36,777 nucleotides of DNA from Alphaproteobacteria bacterium MarineAlpha10_Bin2 (GTDB lineage Bacteria; Pseudomonadota; Alphaproteobacteria; UBA828), in assembly GCA_002937555.1 (NCBI GenBank), contig PTKB01000002.1, positions 1-36,777 of the forward strand, given 5' to 3'. Below, one piece after another: positions 16,072 through 26,210 of the stretch (position 1 is the first letter of the stretch; every line of letters starts with the position of its first letter). The notes beneath the pieces are model-generated. The model worked only from the letters and a program-made list of their open reading frames with translations, ran no database searches and was not told where the DNA came from. A program made the translations under genes and the position numbers.

Positions 16072-18369
16072 TTGAGCGCGGGAAAGACGATCTCTAAGTT
16101 CGCACAAATCCTAAGTCTCGCCGTCGGGGCTGCCGTCGGCGGCTGTGCCCTGCTGGCGCCGCTGCCGCCCGAGAGCGACCTCGATACCCGTCTCGCCGCC
16201 TTTCCGACGTCGGGATTGCCCCTCGGGGACGATGTCGTCATCCATTGGAACCAGCAGCAGGTTCCTTTCCTGTTTGCCGAAAGTGACTCGGATGCAGCGT
16301 TTGCGCTCGGCTTGATACATGCTCATCTCAGGCTCGGCCAAATGGAACTGATGCGCCACATTAGTCAGGGCCGCATTTCGGAACTGGCCGGCCTCTATAC
16401 GGCCGATATCGACCACACGCTACGAATTCTAAATTTCGGTCGTGCCGCGCATGATATCGAAGCGGGCTTCCCACCGGAGACGCGCGATTGGCTGGAACGT
16501 TTCGTCGCCGGTATCAATCATTATCAAAGCGGCATGACCAGGCTCCCGCACGAGTTCCGCGTATTCGGTATCGACCGGCAACCGTGGAGCGTTGTCGATA
16601 TTATTACCATCGGCCGTCTGGCCGCGAGCGACGTAAATTGGCTGATGTGGTTCAGCTTGTGGGAGCTACGGAACCGCCCCGACTGGCCACAATTGTGGAC
16701 GGCCTTGTTGCGCGAGGGCGGTAATGCCATGACCGCTTCCATGGCCGCCGACGGGGAAGAGCAGCTCGCCCTGATGAACGAGTTGTTGGGTGGCATGAGC
16801 CGTTCCGGCAGCAATTCGGTGGCGGTCTCGCCAGGGCGCTCGAAAAACGGCCACGCCCTGATCGCCAGCGACCCCCATCTCGGTTTCATGCTGCCCAATT
16901 TGTGGCTTCTAGCAGGCGTCAAGTCGCCGTCCTATCACATGGCTGGGATGATGATTCCGGGCTTGCCTTTTGTCGCCGTGGGGCGAAATCGGGATATCGC
17001 ATGGGGTGGCACGAACCTCCGCGCCGCCAGCAGCGACTTGTTCGACGTATCCGGGCTGGCGACCTCAGACATCGTCTCGCGCGAAGAGAAAATCGGCGTG
17101 CGCTGGTGGTTCGACCATAAAGTGACCGTGCGCGATAGCCCATTTGGCCCGATTATTTCCGATTCTCCCTTATTGGAAAGCGCCGAGGACGAAGCCATCG
17201 CCATTCGTTGGATGGGCCACGAAGCCACTGACGAATTTTCCGCCATGCTACAAGCCAACCGGGCGAGCAACTGGGACCAGTTCCATGCTGCTTTCGAAAA
17301 ATTTGCGGTTTCCGCGCAAAACATGATCTACGCCGACGCCATGGGCAATATCGGCCACCTCATGGCGGCGCAGTTACCGGCGCGCGACACCATGCCGCCG
17401 CCGATGGTTCACGCGCCGGCAACCGGTGCGCCGGCGTGGGAAAAGATTGTCGACGTCCGGTCCCTGCCGTTCAGACTCAATCCCGAAGCCGGCTATCTCG
17501 TTTCCGCCAACAACCGGCCCAGACCGTCGGACGTGCCGATCGGGTACTTTTTTTCGCCTGAAGACCGCGTCACACGCCTCACATCACTTCTGGAAGGGCA
17601 GCCCGACATCACGTCAGAAAATTTGCGCGCACTGCAAACCGACGTATTGGAACCCGCTGCTGCGGCGATTAGCCAAGCGTTCGCGGAAGCGGCAGCGCGG
17701 CTCGGCCTGGAGAGCGGATTAAGTCCCGCGGCGCGCACCGTGTTGGCGTCAATCGAAAATTGGAACGGCGAGTACGCCGCTGATTCCCCGGCGCCGGTGG
17801 CGTTCGAAGCCACCTTCTATAATTTCCTGCAGCGGTTCTATGCGTCGCGTCTGGGAGAAGATGCCATGCGGGCCTTCACATCGGCTGCCGATATCGGCAT
17901 GGCGGTGCCGCGCGACATTGCCGAATCCGATGACGAGGTACTCTCGAAAGCGCTGGCCGGCGCACTCAACGACGCGGTCCCGACGGTGGCGAAATTCAGC
18001 TCCTGGGGAGACATGCATCATTTGCGATTGCGCCATCCCCTGGGCGCGCTTCCCATCATCGGCGGGCGGTTTACGTTCGCCGAATTTGCGAGCGGCGGAT
18101 CCCGGCAGACCGTGATGAAAACCAACCATGCGCCGACCGACGAAGAGCATCGTGCCGCCTATGGCTCGCAAGCGCGTCATATTTCCGACATGTCGGATCT
18201 GGACGAGAACTATTTCGTTCTTCTCGGCGGTCAGGACGGTTGGCTGAACAGCACCACTTTTATAGATCAGGTCAAAATGTGGCGGGCCGGAGAATATATC
18301 CGCATTCCGTTGCGCCCCGAAAGCGTGCGTGAATCTTTCCCCAGGCGCATGACCCTTAAGCCCAATTAA
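16072..18369 (+). CDS. Penicillin-acylase family (peptidase S45, Ntn-hydrolase) protein, probable lipoprotein; acyl-homoserine-lactone/beta-lactam acylase-like
   Basis: GGMSRSGSNSVAVSPGRSKNGHALIASDPHLG contains the autoproteolytic G|SN nucleophile context of PvdQ/penicillin G acylase relatives. The length of 765 aa is typical. It has a TTG start and an N-terminal LAVGAAVGGC lipobox-like motif. Confidence 0.85.
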   Translation: MSAGKTISKFAQILSLAVGAAVGGCALLAPLPPESDLDTRLAAFPTSGLPLGDDVVIHWNQQQVPFLFAESDSDAAFALGLIHAHLRLGQMELMRHISQGRISELAGLYTADIDHTLRILNFGRAAHDIEAGFPPETRDWLERFVAGINHYQSGMTRLPHEFRVFGIDRQPWSVVDIITIGRLAASDVNWLMWFSLWELRNRPDWPQLWTALLREGGNAMTASMAADGEEQLALMNELLGGMSRSGSNSVAVSPGRSKNGHALIASDPHLGFMLPNLWLLAGVKSPSYHMAGMMIPGLPFVAVGRNRDIAWGGTNLRAASSDLFDVSGLATSDIVSREEKIGVRWWFDHKVTVRDSPFGPIISDSPLLESAEDEAIAIRWMGHEATDEFSAMLQANRASNWDQFHAAFEKFAVSAQNMIYADAMGNIGHLMAAQLPARDTMPPPMVHAPATGAPAWEKIVDVRSLPFRLNPEAGYLVSANNRPRPSDVPIGYFFSPEDRVTRLTSLLEGQPDITSENLRALQTDVLEPAAAAISQAFAEAAARLGLESGLSPAARTVLASIENWNGEYAADSPAPVAFEATFYNFLQRFYASRLGEDAMRAFTSAADIGMAVPRDIAESDDEVLSKALAGALNDAVPTVAKFSSWGDMHHLRLRHPLGALPIIGGRFTFAEFASGGSRQTVMKTNHAPTDEEHRAAYGSQARHISDMSDLDENYFVLLGGQDGWLNSTTFIDQVKMWRAGEYIRIPLRPESVRESFPRRMTLKPN

Positions 18370-19277
18370 GGCGTCGGCGGAAAATTCCGTCTCCAGTGGC
18401 GAGCGATATCGATGCCGCGGCAGAGCCAGACATCGTCATGGCTTTCGACATGCTCGACAAACTTCTTGAGCGCCTGAAAGCGGCCCGGCCGCCCGACTAG
18501 GCGGCAATGAAGACCGATATTCATCAGCCGGGGTGATTGTGCGCCCTCTTCGTAGAGGACATCGAAACTGTCGCGCAAATAAGCGAAAAACGGTTCTCCC
18601 CAGTTAAATCCCGGCGTCGTGGTAAAGCGGTGATCATTGATATCCGCAGTATAAGGAATGACAAGCTGCCGTTTGCCATCCGCCGCCAGCCAATAGGGCA
18701 GTTCGTCGGCATAGGTGTCTTGGCTGTATTCGAATCCGCCCTCTTCTGCGATCAGGCGAAGCGTGTTTTCGCTGCGCCGTCCGAGAAAATGCCCGAGCGG
18801 CCGTGTTCCTGTCACCTCGGTATGCAACTCGATGGTTTTCTTAATGTGCTCGCGTTCCTCCGCTTCCGGCATGCCATGATGGTCGATCCAGCGATAGCCG
18901 TGGCTGGCAATCTCCCAATCGGCTTCAAGCATGGCGGCAACCGCGTCCGGGTTTCGCGACAACGCCATGGCCACGCCGAAAACGGTGATCGGTACGTTAC
19001 GCGAAGTGAACAGCCGATGCAGCCGCCAAAATCCAACTCGGCTGCCATACTCATACTGCGATTCGACGGGAAGATAGCGCTCTCCTTGGCGCGGCGGCAC
19101 AAAACCGAATTCCGTCAGCAAGGACTCGGAAGCTGGGTCGCCGTGCAGAATATTATTCTCGGCGCCTTCTTCATAATTGATCACGAATTGGACCGCGATT
19201 CGCGCGCCATTCGGCCATTTTGGATGCGGCGGGTTGCGCCCATATCCGATCATGTCGCGTGGATAACTTTCGCTCAC
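18366..19277 (-). CDS. puuE: PuuE-type allantoinase / polysaccharide-deacetylase-fold cyclic-amide hydrolase
   Basis: YPRDMIGYGRNPPHPKWPNGARIAVQFVINYEEGAENNILHGD...YEYGSRVGFWRL...SHGYRWID...IGLHCRLVGRPGR closely follows the Pseudomonas PuuE sequence as I recall it. The length is 303 aa. Confidence 0.8.
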   Translation of the reverse strand: MSESYPRDMIGYGRNPPHPKWPNGARIAVQFVINYEEGAENNILHGDPASESLLTEFGFVPPRQGERYLPVESQYEYGSRVGFWRLHRLFTSRNVPITVFGVAMALSRNPDAVAAMLEADWEIASHGYRWIDHHGMPEAEEREHIKKTIELHTEVTGTRPLGHFLGRRSENTLRLIAEEGGFEYSQDTYADELPYWLAADGKRQLVIPYTADINDHRFTTTPGFNWGEPFFAYLRDSFDVLYEEGAQSPRLMNIGLHCRLVGRPGRFQALKKFVEHVESHDDVWLCRGIDIARHWRRNFPPTP

Positions 19278-19306
19278 GCCGCGCTCCTTCTGGCCGCCCG
19301 GGCTTG

Positions 19307-20587
19307 CTATTCGTTGGCGCCTTCATAGCGCGCGAAGCGGACATCGCAGGTTATGCCGTGCGCCAACATGCCCTCCACCTCGCATTGGCGCGCCAGCACC
19401 GGCGCGATGGCCCGGCTGGCTGCCGGTTTGAGCCGCTGGTAAGTCACGGTTTTTATGAACTTCCCCACCCACAGCCCACCGGTATAGCGCGATGCGCCGC
19501 TGGTCGGCAGTGTGTGGTTGGTGCCGATGCCTTTGTCGCCGTATGCAACGGTCGCCTCTTCGCCGACGAACAAACTGCCGTAATTTTTCAAGCGCGATAG
19601 ATATTCATCATCGCTGCCGGTCATAAGCTCGAGATGTTCGGGCGCATATTCATCGCTCAGGCGGATCGCCTCGTCGATATCCGAAACCACCGCAATTTCT
19701 CCGTGATCGCGCCATGCCGGCCCCGCGACTTCCTTGGTCGGCAGGGTTTTCAATTGCGCCTCGACATGCGTCAGGGCCGCCTCGGCGACGCGCCGCGACG
19801 TGGTGACGAGCCAGGCCGGGCTGTCGGGGCCGTGTTCCGCCTGACCGAGCAAATCGGTCGCCACAAGTTCGGGGTCCGCCGTGTCGTCGGCGATAATCAG
19901 GATTTCCGTCGGGCCGGCGAGCAAGTCAATGCCGACGGTGCCGTAAAGCTGACGCTTGGCTTCGGCCACATAAGCGTTTCCCGGCCCGGTGATCAGATCG
20001 ACCGCGCGCATGCCGACACAGCCGTAAGCCATCGCCGCCATCGCTTGAATGCCGCCCAGAGCATAGATTTCATCGGCGCCCGCTTTGTGCAGCGCGTAGA
20101 GAGTCGGTGCGTACATTTCCTTGCCGTCGCGCGGCGGGGCACAGCCGATGATGTGTTCAACGCCTGCCGCGCGCGCCACGCCGACGCTCATGCTCGCCGC
20201 TGCCACCAGGGGGTATTTACCGCCCGGGATGTAACAGCCGACATTGCTGACGGGAATCTGTTTTTGCCCGAGCAGAATGCCGGGTTCGGTTTCGCACTCG
20301 AACTCGGTTAGCGTTTCGAGTTGGCGTTGCGCGAACTGCGTGATTTGGCGATGGCAAAATTCGAAATCTTCCTTGAACGTCTCGGGCAGCCATGCTTCTG
20401 CGGCGGCAATCTGATCTTCGGTGACGCGGAATTCTCCGCCCTGCCACTTGTCCAATTCCGACGCATAGCGCGCCACCGCAGCATCGCCATTTTCCTTGAT
20501 GTCGGCCAGCATGCGGCGTGCGGTTTCCTCGACCGCAGTCATATCCTCGGCTTTTTGGGACGGGGCTTTCTTGATGTACTCGGCCAT
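19307..20587 (-). CDS. Histidinol-dehydrogenase-family (HisD-like) NAD-dependent dehydrogenase paralogue
   Basis: MAEYIKKAPS...NGDAAVARYASELDKW...IPGGKYPLVAAASM...LLGQAEHGPDSPAWLVT...APEHLEL...GTNHTLPT are HisD-family blocks. I prefer the ATG at 20587, since the 470-aa track version would overlap the upstream gene. No other his genes are nearby. Confidence 0.82.
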   Translation of the reverse strand: MAEYIKKAPSQKAEDMTAVEETARRMLADIKENGDAAVARYASELDKWQGGEFRVTEDQIAAAEAWLPETFKEDFEFCHRQITQFAQRQLETLTEFECETEPGILLGQKQIPVSNVGCYIPGGKYPLVAAASMSVGVARAAGVEHIIGCAPPRDGKEMYAPTLYALHKAGADEIYALGGIQAMAAMAYGCVGMRAVDLITGPGNAYVAEAKRQLYGTVGIDLLAGPTEILIIADDTADPELVATDLLGQAEHGPDSPAWLVTTSRRVAEAALTHVEAQLKTLPTKEVAGPAWRDHGEIAVVSDIDEAIRLSDEYAPEHLELMTGSDDEYLSRLKNYGSLFVGEEATVAYGDKGIGTNHTLPTSGASRYTGGLWVGKFIKTVTYQRLKPAASRAIAPVLARQCEVEGMLAHGITCDVRFARYEGANE

Positions 20588-20615
20588 ATTTCGCTCGTTA
20601 AGTTGCGGTTCGTGA

Positions 20616-21470
20616 TTAGGTGAAGGAATCGGTATTGTCGCGTGCGAAAACTTCGAAGCTGCGCGGCGGCCGGCCGACAACCCGGTCGACCACATCGGTG
20701 ACCGGCGCGCCAAAGCCATCGATAAACATTTGGTCGATTTCGATCAACGCATCGGCCAGCGACGCCGGCAATCCGGCATCGACCAAGGCCTTATGCGAGG
20801 CATCCATCGATACCGATTCGAAGCGCACGGTTTTATTTAAGATACGAGACAGAATTTCCGCGCATTCGCCGTAGGAATAGGCGCGTGGCCCGGTGATCTC
20901 ATAAGTCTGTTCTTCATGGCCATCCTCGGTGAGCGCCGCCACCGTCACCGCAGCCACATCGACGACATCGACGAGAGCCACACGTGATTCGCCAATCGCC
21001 GCGTAAAACACGCCATCATTCTTGATAAATGGCGCGAATCGGCGAAAATTTTGCATAAACGCGTTCGGCCATAGATTGGTATAGGCAAAACCTTCGCGTT
21101 CGATGCGCTGCTCGATCTCGCCATGCCAACGCCGAATCTTGGTCGGCGCGTCGGGCGCCGAGCCGATGGCTGACATCTTGACGATATGGCGGATGCCGGC
21201 GCGCTTGGCTGCCGCGACGGCATTCAATTCGAGGCTGACCATTTTCTCTGCGAATGCACAAAGAAGAGAAAGGCGTTCAATCCCGTCAAAGGCTGCTGCC
21301 AGGGTTTCGGGCGCGGCAAAATCGCCCGCCACATAGTCCAGGTCCGGCCCCAATATTGTTTTGGCACGTTCGATATCCCGCGTCATGACGCGGAACGGCG
21401 CACCCTTTTCAAGCAGTTGACGAACCGTCTCCTGCCCTGTCGTTCCGGTTGCCCCGGTCAGTAATATCAT
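20616..21470 (-). CDS. NmrA-like/atypical SDR NAD(P)-binding protein
   Basis: MILLTGATGTTGQETVRQLLEKGAPFRVMTRD is a Rossmann motif. The ATG at 21470 is preceded by GGAGGGTGAG. Confidence 0.8.
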   Translation of the reverse strand: MILLTGATGTTGQETVRQLLEKGAPFRVMTRDIERAKTILGPDLDYVAGDFAAPETLAAAFDGIERLSLLCAFAEKMVSLELNAVAAAKRAGIRHIVKMSAIGSAPDAPTKIRRWHGEIEQRIEREGFAYTNLWPNAFMQNFRRFAPFIKNDGVFYAAIGESRVALVDVVDVAAVTVAALTEDGHEEQTYEITGPRAYSYGECAEILSRILNKTVRFESVSMDASHKALVDAGLPASLADALIEIDQMFIDGFGAPVTDVVDRVVGRPPRSFEVFARDNTDSFT

Positions 21471-21694
21471 CTCACCCTCCCCGCCCGGCATAGGCAAAGA
21501 CTTGCCGTTCATTTTGATTGGTATTATTTGGCATGATTGCAGCGCTTCGCGCCGCTTCTGTCCAGCAGGAAAGACGCCTGACCCGGAATTTGCCCAATAT
21601 TTTCATGTTTTTGCGCATCGTCGCATGGCGAGGGAGAAGGTATGATCCATGCTGAACACACATCGCACTGCCATCAATAAACCCAATTAACCGC

Positions 21695-23482
21695 ATGTCA
21701 TTCGACCAAATTGCCATTTTAGCCCTGATCGGCGGAATTCTCGCCCTCTTCATATGGGGGCGCTGGCGCTATGACCTGATCGCCTTCACGGCGCTCCTCG
21801 TGGCGGTGGTGATTGGTTTGGTGGAACCGGTCGAGGCATTTCTCGGCTTCGGCCATCCGGCTGTCGTCACCGTGGCGGCTGTTCTAATCATCAGCCGAGC
21901 GCTCTCCAATTCGGGCCTGATTGACATGTTGGCCAAGGGTCTGGACCCGGCGGCGGAGCGCAACGAATCTCTTCACATAGGCTTTGTCGGTGGAATTTCG
22001 GCATTGCTTTCGGCCTTTATCAATAATGTTGGCGCTCTGGCCCTCCTCATGCCGGTGGCGCTGAAATCCGCGGCCAAAGCCAAACGGACGCCCGGATTCA
22101 TTCTCATGCCGCTAGCTTTCGCCTCGATCCTAGGCGGCACCATCACCCTGATCGGGACGCCGCCCAACATCATCATCGCGAATTATCGGGCGCGAAATGG
22201 CGGCGAGGCATTTTCTATGTTTGATTTCACTCCGGTGGGCGCGGTGGTGGCGCTTGCCGGTCTGATCTTCGTCGCCTTTCTCGGCTGGCGGCTTATTCCC
22301 GCGGCACGGCGTGCCAAGAGCGGCGATGAATCGCTGTTTGAAATCGAGGCGTATGTCACCGAGCTCCGAGTCCCCGAGGAGTCAGCACTGCAAGGAAAAG
22401 GCCGGCGCCAGGTCGAGACCGAGTTCGAAAAGCATGAGGTCGAGTTTGTCGGGCTTATTCGCGAACATCAGCGCATTCACAGCGCTACCTGGCGCGGCCG
22501 GATATCGGGCGGCGACATCCTCGTATTGGAAGCGGCGCCCGAGGGCATCGACAAGGTGGTGAATGCCTACGGCCTGGAATTGGTCGGCTCCGGCGCCGAG
22601 GTCAGCGATGACTTAAAGTCCGATGATTTGGCTCTGGTGGAAGCGGTCGTCTCCCCCGCCGGGATGATCGAAAACAGAACCGCCAGCGGCGTTCGCCTGC
22701 GCGGACGCTTCGGCGTCAATCTGTTGGCCGTTTCACGGCAAGGGCGGCCGATTCGGACGCGCCTGCATACGATGCGTCTCAGAGCCGGCGATGTTCTCTT
22801 GCTTCAGGGGCCGGTCGACCAAATGCCGACTATCCTGAACGATATTGGCTGTCTGCCTTTGGCTGAGCGCGGCTTGCGCATCGGCCGTCCAGAACGCGCC
22901 TGGCTTTCCCTCGCCGTATTCGTGGCTGCCATCATTTTCATGTCGCTCGGTCTTGTGGCGGCGCCGATCGCGCTCGGCCTCGCGGCCATGGCCATGCTGT
23001 TCCTCAACGTGGCGTCCTTGCGCGAAGCTTACGACAGTATCAATTGGCCCGTGATCATCTTGCTGGGTGCGATGATCCCTATCGGCGGGGCGTTGGAGAC
23101 AACGGGCGCCACCGATCTGATCACGGAGTCCATTCTCGGTATCGGCGACGGCATATCGCCGATATTGGTGCTGACCATCCTGCTGATCGTCACCATGACG
23201 CTTTCTGATATCGTCAACAACGCAGCAACCGCCGTTATCATGGCGCCCATCGCGCTTGGCCTGGCGGAGCGCCTTCAGGTCAATGCAGATGCATTTCTGA
23301 TGGCAGTAGCGATTGGCGCATCCTGTGCCTTTCTCACGCCCATCGGCCATCAGAACAACACCCTCATTCTCGGCCCGGGCGGCTATCGCTTCGGCGATTA
23401 TTGGCGCATGGGATTGCCGCTCGAGATTCTCATTGTCGCGGTCTCGATCCCAATGATCTTGTGGGTTTGGCCGCTGGGTTGA
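21695..23482 (+). CDS. SLC13/DASS-family anion (di/tricarboxylate or sulfate-type) permease with two central TrkA-C domains
   Basis: The ends are hydrophobic and repeat-structured (LMPLAFASILGGTITLIGTPPN / AFLTPIGHQNN). They flank two soluble about 70-aa RCK_C/TrkA-C-like segments (EAYVTELRVPEES...LVLEA and LVEAVVSPAG...VLLLQG). The length is 595 aa. Confidence 0.85.
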   Translation: MSFDQIAILALIGGILALFIWGRWRYDLIAFTALLVAVVIGLVEPVEAFLGFGHPAVVTVAAVLIISRALSNSGLIDMLAKGLDPAAERNESLHIGFVGGISALLSAFINNVGALALLMPVALKSAAKAKRTPGFILMPLAFASILGGTITLIGTPPNIIIANYRARNGGEAFSMFDFTPVGAVVALAGLIFVAFLGWRLIPAARRAKSGDESLFEIEAYVTELRVPEESALQGKGRRQVETEFEKHEVEFVGLIREHQRIHSATWRGRISGGDILVLEAAPEGIDKVVNAYGLELVGSGAEVSDDLKSDDLALVEAVVSPAGMIENRTASGVRLRGRFGVNLLAVSRQGRPIRTRLHTMRLRAGDVLLLQGPVDQMPTILNDIGCLPLAERGLRIGRPERAWLSLAVFVAAIIFMSLGLVAAPIALGLAAMAMLFLNVASLREAYDSINWPVIILLGAMIPIGGALETTGATDLITESILGIGDGISPILVLTILLIVTMTLSDIVNNAATAVIMAPIALGLAERLQVNADAFLMAVAIGASCAFLTPIGHQNNTLILGPGGYRFGDYWRMGLPLEILIVAVSIPMILWVWPLG

Positions 23483-23497
23483 TGGCGGCGCGGGGCG

Positions 23498-24883
23498 CTA
23501 GGACCCGGGCTCGGCCTCGTCTTTATAATCCTCGAACTTTCCGCCGGCGCTGCGTGGTATTTCGTCGTGGTAGCTGAAAGTGACGGCAAAGGAATGGCGG
23601 AAACGCTGTTGCAAAATTTTCGTTAATTGCCCCGCCTCGGCATCGGTCAGTCTTCGTGTTGCTACCAGTTTCATTTCCAATGCTTCACTGGCACTGCGCA
23701 GGATTTGAAATTGGCGGATCATGTCGAAGCCGGTGAGCAGGTCCTGGAAGCTGGCGTAAAATTCATCGCCATTTGGCAGCCTGACCATGCTGCGTGTGCG
23801 CCCCATAATGCGGCGGAGAACCGGCAAGGTACGCCCGCAGGAACAGCGTCCCACCTCGGCGAAGTCACCGATCGAGTAGCGCAACAGCGGCATTGCAAAA
23901 TTATGAAGCGGCGTGATCACGACCGCACCCACCTCCCCAGGCTGGCAAGCATTGCCGTTCTCATCCAGCACCTCGACAAAGACGGACTCGGACTGAATAT
24001 GCAAATTTTCGCTTTCAGGGCATTGCAAAGCGATATAGCCAACCTCAGCGCCGCTATAGACATCGACCACCGGCACGCCCAATACTTCACGGCAGATCCT
24101 GCGCACTTCGGGCCGCAATAAGTCAGATACCGTATGAACCTGCTTTAGCCGTGGAAAGCGAATTCTGTTGCGTTCGCAATAAATTGCAATCGCCTGAACA
24201 TTGCCTGGATAAGTCAGTAGATAATCGGGATCAAAGCGTTGTAACCACTCGACCTGATCTTGAATTCGCGTACCGATGTTTAACAAAGCGCTCTCACCGG
24301 TAACAAAGGTGAGCGCTTCCATGCTGCCCCAATTTTCGAAAACTTTCCCTTCCGGGTAATTGGCCTCGTTTCCGCTCAACGGACGAATGCTGGCAAGTTT
24401 CAGTTTCGGATCGCGGTGCCATAAATGATCACGCGCGGTAAACGCGTTCCAGAGAGTTTCGGTCAACTCGGTCTTGATCACTTTGATCGGCATGCCGGTC
24501 GAGCCCGATGTAAAGACCGAACCGCTCTTTCCGTGCAATTTCGGTACTTCCGCGCTGAGAAGTTTGTCGCCGAGTTCTTGAACTTCAGCGCGCGTAAGAA
24601 TGGGAATGCGCCGGCAATATTCTTCCGGGGAGATAGCATGATCGAGCTCGATTCCCCACTCCTGGCGCCGATCGCGATAATAGGGAACCGTCTCCAACGC
24701 GTGCCGCAGCAAGAGGTTTATCTGCCGGAATTGGAGGTGCAGCATATCCTCGGCAGGCAGCCACTGACTGTGCTCCAGTTGATAAAGCAGCGCGAGATTA
24801 TATGTGGCGTGGCGGCTGGGCAGGCCGGGCCACGCCATTCCTGTAAGCGCGGAGCGGACTTGCGGCGGCGACCTATCCGCCAT
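23498..24883 (-). CDS. PaaK/CapK-type adenylate-forming enzyme (phenylacetate-CoA-ligase family), paralogue 2
   Basis: VPYYR, FTSGSTGMPIK, PLHNFAMPLLRYSIGD and CSCGRTLPVLRRIMGRTRS are present. The start is either ATG at 24883 (11-nt overlap with the upstream stop) or ATG at 24838 (MAWPGLPS...), which aligns with the start region of paralogue 1. The track start at 25012 is an over-extension. Confidence 0.82.
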   Translation of the reverse strand: MADRSPPQVRSALTGMAWPGLPSRHATYNLALLYQLEHSQWLPAEDMLHLQFRQINLLLRHALETVPYYRDRRQEWGIELDHAISPEEYCRRIPILTRAEVQELGDKLLSAEVPKLHGKSGSVFTSGSTGMPIKVIKTELTETLWNAFTARDHLWHRDPKLKLASIRPLSGNEANYPEGKVFENWGSMEALTFVTGESALLNIGTRIQDQVEWLQRFDPDYLLTYPGNVQAIAIYCERNRIRFPRLKQVHTVSDLLRPEVRRICREVLGVPVVDVYSGAEVGYIALQCPESENLHIQSESVFVEVLDENGNACQPGEVGAVVITPLHNFAMPLLRYSIGDFAEVGRCSCGRTLPVLRRIMGRTRSMVRLPNGDEFYASFQDLLTGFDMIRQFQILRSASEALEMKLVATRRLTDAEAGQLTKILQQRFRHSFAVTFSYHDEIPRSAGGKFEDYKDEAEPGS

Positions 24884-26210
24884 TGCCGCTTCTTTCGCTG
24901 TACACATCCCTGAAATCGTGGAACTTGCCGCTCGGGCTGCGCGCCAGTTCATCGTGATAGCTGATATCGACGCGGAACGGATAATTGAAACGCGTGTGCA
25001 TTTCGCGCTCAAACGCCGCCACTTCTTGGGCCGTCAATTGGCGCGTGACGACAAGCCTGACTTCGATGCCGTCCCGCTCCCGGCGGCGAATCTGAAACTG
25101 CTGCACCATGGCGAAATCGACCAAAAGATCCTGAAAGCTGGGATAGAGTTGCTCCCCATTGGGCAGCGTGATGGTGGAGCGGGTCCGCCCCATGATGCGC
25201 CGGATCACCGGCAAGCCCCTTCCGCACGCGCATTCGCCCACCTCGGCCAGGTCGCCGCTGTGGTAGCGCAGGAGCGGCATGGCGAAATTGTGTAGCGGTG
25301 TCGCGATGACGCGGCCGACTTCTCCGGGCGCACAGACGCGTCCTTCTTCATTTAGGATCTCGATGTAAACCAATTCCGACTGAATGTGATAATTCTCGCT
25401 CTCCGGACATCGCAGCGCGACATAGCCGATTTCAGCCGAGCTATACATATCCGCGACAGGTACGCCCCAGGCTTCCCGGCAAGCGGTGCGCGCCTCCGGG
25501 CGCAGCAAATCGGAGAACGTGGCGATCTGGCGCAGGAAAGGAAACTTGATGCCATTCGTTAAACAATATTGCGTCAGAGCTTGGGCATTGGCCGGTAGGG
25601 TCAAAATGTAATCGGGCGCCATGCGCTGCAGCCACTCGACCTGCTCATGAGTCTTGGTGCTGACATGGAGCATGCAACTGGAGCCGGTTTCGAACACCTG
25701 GGAAGCGAAGCTGCCCCAATTTTCGTATTCGGCACCATTGGGATAGTCGCCGTGTGACCCCTCGATAATCTTGATGATGGCGAGCTTCTTCCGCACGTCC
25801 CGATGCCATAGATTCTCCCGAAGCGTAACCGCCTGCCAGACCATCTCCGACAGGCCGGTCTTCAGCGTCTTCAAAGGCCGTCCCGTTGAGCCGGACGTGA
25901 ACGTATCTCCGATGTTGCCGTGCGCTTTCGGTGTTTTGGTGCTGTGAAACTCGGCGCCGCCTTCCTGCACCTCGGGGCGCGTCAAGATCGGCAAACTGGC
26001 GGCGAAAGACTCCGGTGTGAGCTTCCAACGCGCATCGATTCCCCAAGCTTGGCGGTGTTTGCGGTAGTAGGGAACGGTGTTGAGAGCGTGTTGCACCAGG
26101 CTCGCCAATTGGGTGAACTGGTGGTCGCGCAATTGATCTGGGCGCCACCATTGGCTCTGTTCCAATTGGAAGAGTAACGCCAGCAAATTGGCGCCATGTT
26201 GCGTAGCCAA
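24873..26210 (-). CDS. PaaK/CapK-type adenylate-forming enzyme (phenylacetate-CoA-ligase family), paralogue 1
   Basis: VPYYR, FTSGSTGRPLK, PLHNFAMPLLRYHSGD and CACGRGLPVIRRIMGRTRS are present. By eye, roughly half or more of the residues are identical to paralogue 2. The TTG at 26210 is the only start, because an in-frame TGA lies 3 codons upstream. Confidence 0.82.
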   Translation of the reverse strand: MATQHGANLLALLFQLEQSQWWRPDQLRDHQFTQLASLVQHALNTVPYYRKHRQAWGIDARWKLTPESFAASLPILTRPEVQEGGAEFHSTKTPKAHGNIGDTFTSGSTGRPLKTLKTGLSEMVWQAVTLRENLWHRDVRKKLAIIKIIEGSHGDYPNGAEYENWGSFASQVFETGSSCMLHVSTKTHEQVEWLQRMAPDYILTLPANAQALTQYCLTNGIKFPFLRQIATFSDLLRPEARTACREAWGVPVADMYSSAEIGYVALRCPESENYHIQSELVYIEILNEEGRVCAPGEVGRVIATPLHNFAMPLLRYHSGDLAEVGECACGRGLPVIRRIMGRTRSTITLPNGEQLYPSFQDLLVDFAMVQQFQIRRRERDGIEVRLVVTRQLTAQEVAAFEREMHTRFNYPFRVDISYHDELARSPSGKFHDFRDVYSERSGNGG

